Assembly: GCF_004010195.1 (NCBI RefSeq)
Contig: NC_057754.1
Location: forward strand, 3,469,634 to 3,533,511
Reading direction: 5' to 3'
Length of the DNA: 63,878 bases
Source: Chiloscyllium plagiosum
Taxonomy: Eukaryota
A model generated the notes under the pieces. That model was not told the origin of the DNA. It saw nothing but the letters and a program-made list of their open reading frames with translations, and did no database searches. Positions 63,610 through 63,878 of the stretch are shown in pieces. The stretch's first letter is position 1. Each line of letters begins with the position of its first letter. A program made the translations under genes and the position numbers.

Positions 63610-63878
63610 CACCTCGCCTGCATATCCCTGGGCACTATGGGACAATTTAGCACGGCCAATCCACCCTAACCTGCACATCCCTGGACACTATGGGACAATT
63701 TAGCACGGCCAACCCGCCCTAACCTGCACATCCCTGGGCACTATGGGACAATTTAGCACGGCCAATCCACCCTAACCTGCACATCCCTGGGCACTACGGG
63801 ACAATTTAGCACGGCCAATCCACCCTAACCTGCACATCCCTGGGCACTATGGGACAACTTAGCACGGCCAATCCACCC
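63610..63878. repeat. 53-bp tandem repeat derived from HE1 SINE interior, >=5 copies, runs off the window
   Basis: cctgcacatccctgggcactatgggacaatttagcacggccaatccaccctaa at 63670, 63723, 63776 and 63829. Confidence 0.92.

Noticed and set aside
44236..63878. MRCK exon 2 (expected KPF...DFEILKVIGRGAFGE)
   Set aside because: Not found by eye or in the ORF track. It is presumably beyond the window, so intron 1 is >19 kb.

Overview
Vertebrate genomic DNA, most likely a cartilaginous fish (inferred from HE1-type V-SINEs, HER1/CR1-type LINE tails and shark-type minisatellites). Two + strand genes are present. The first is EHD1 (coding exons 2-5 plus a ~1.7 kb 3'UTR; exon 1 lies upstream of the window). 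The second, ~10.7 kb past the EHD1 stop, is the first coding exon of an MRCK-family kinase, probably CDC42BPG by synteny. The rest is dense retroelement debris (CR1, Rex-Babar, tRNA SINEs, Penelope-like elements) and tandem repeats, including a ~4.5 kb 44-bp array with a 7-unit higher-order pattern. The main signal not shown by the ORF track is a set of at least three sequence families of Penelope-like element (PLE) termini, each carrying a minimal hammerhead ribozyme motif (CUGANGA + 1 extra nt, helix II, GAAA, loopless palindromic helix III ACGU/AGCU). Several sit in short fold-back insertions with target-site duplications. Minimal hammerheads in PLEs are a known class. Whether these particular families are described, and whether they cleave, cannot be determined from sequence alone.
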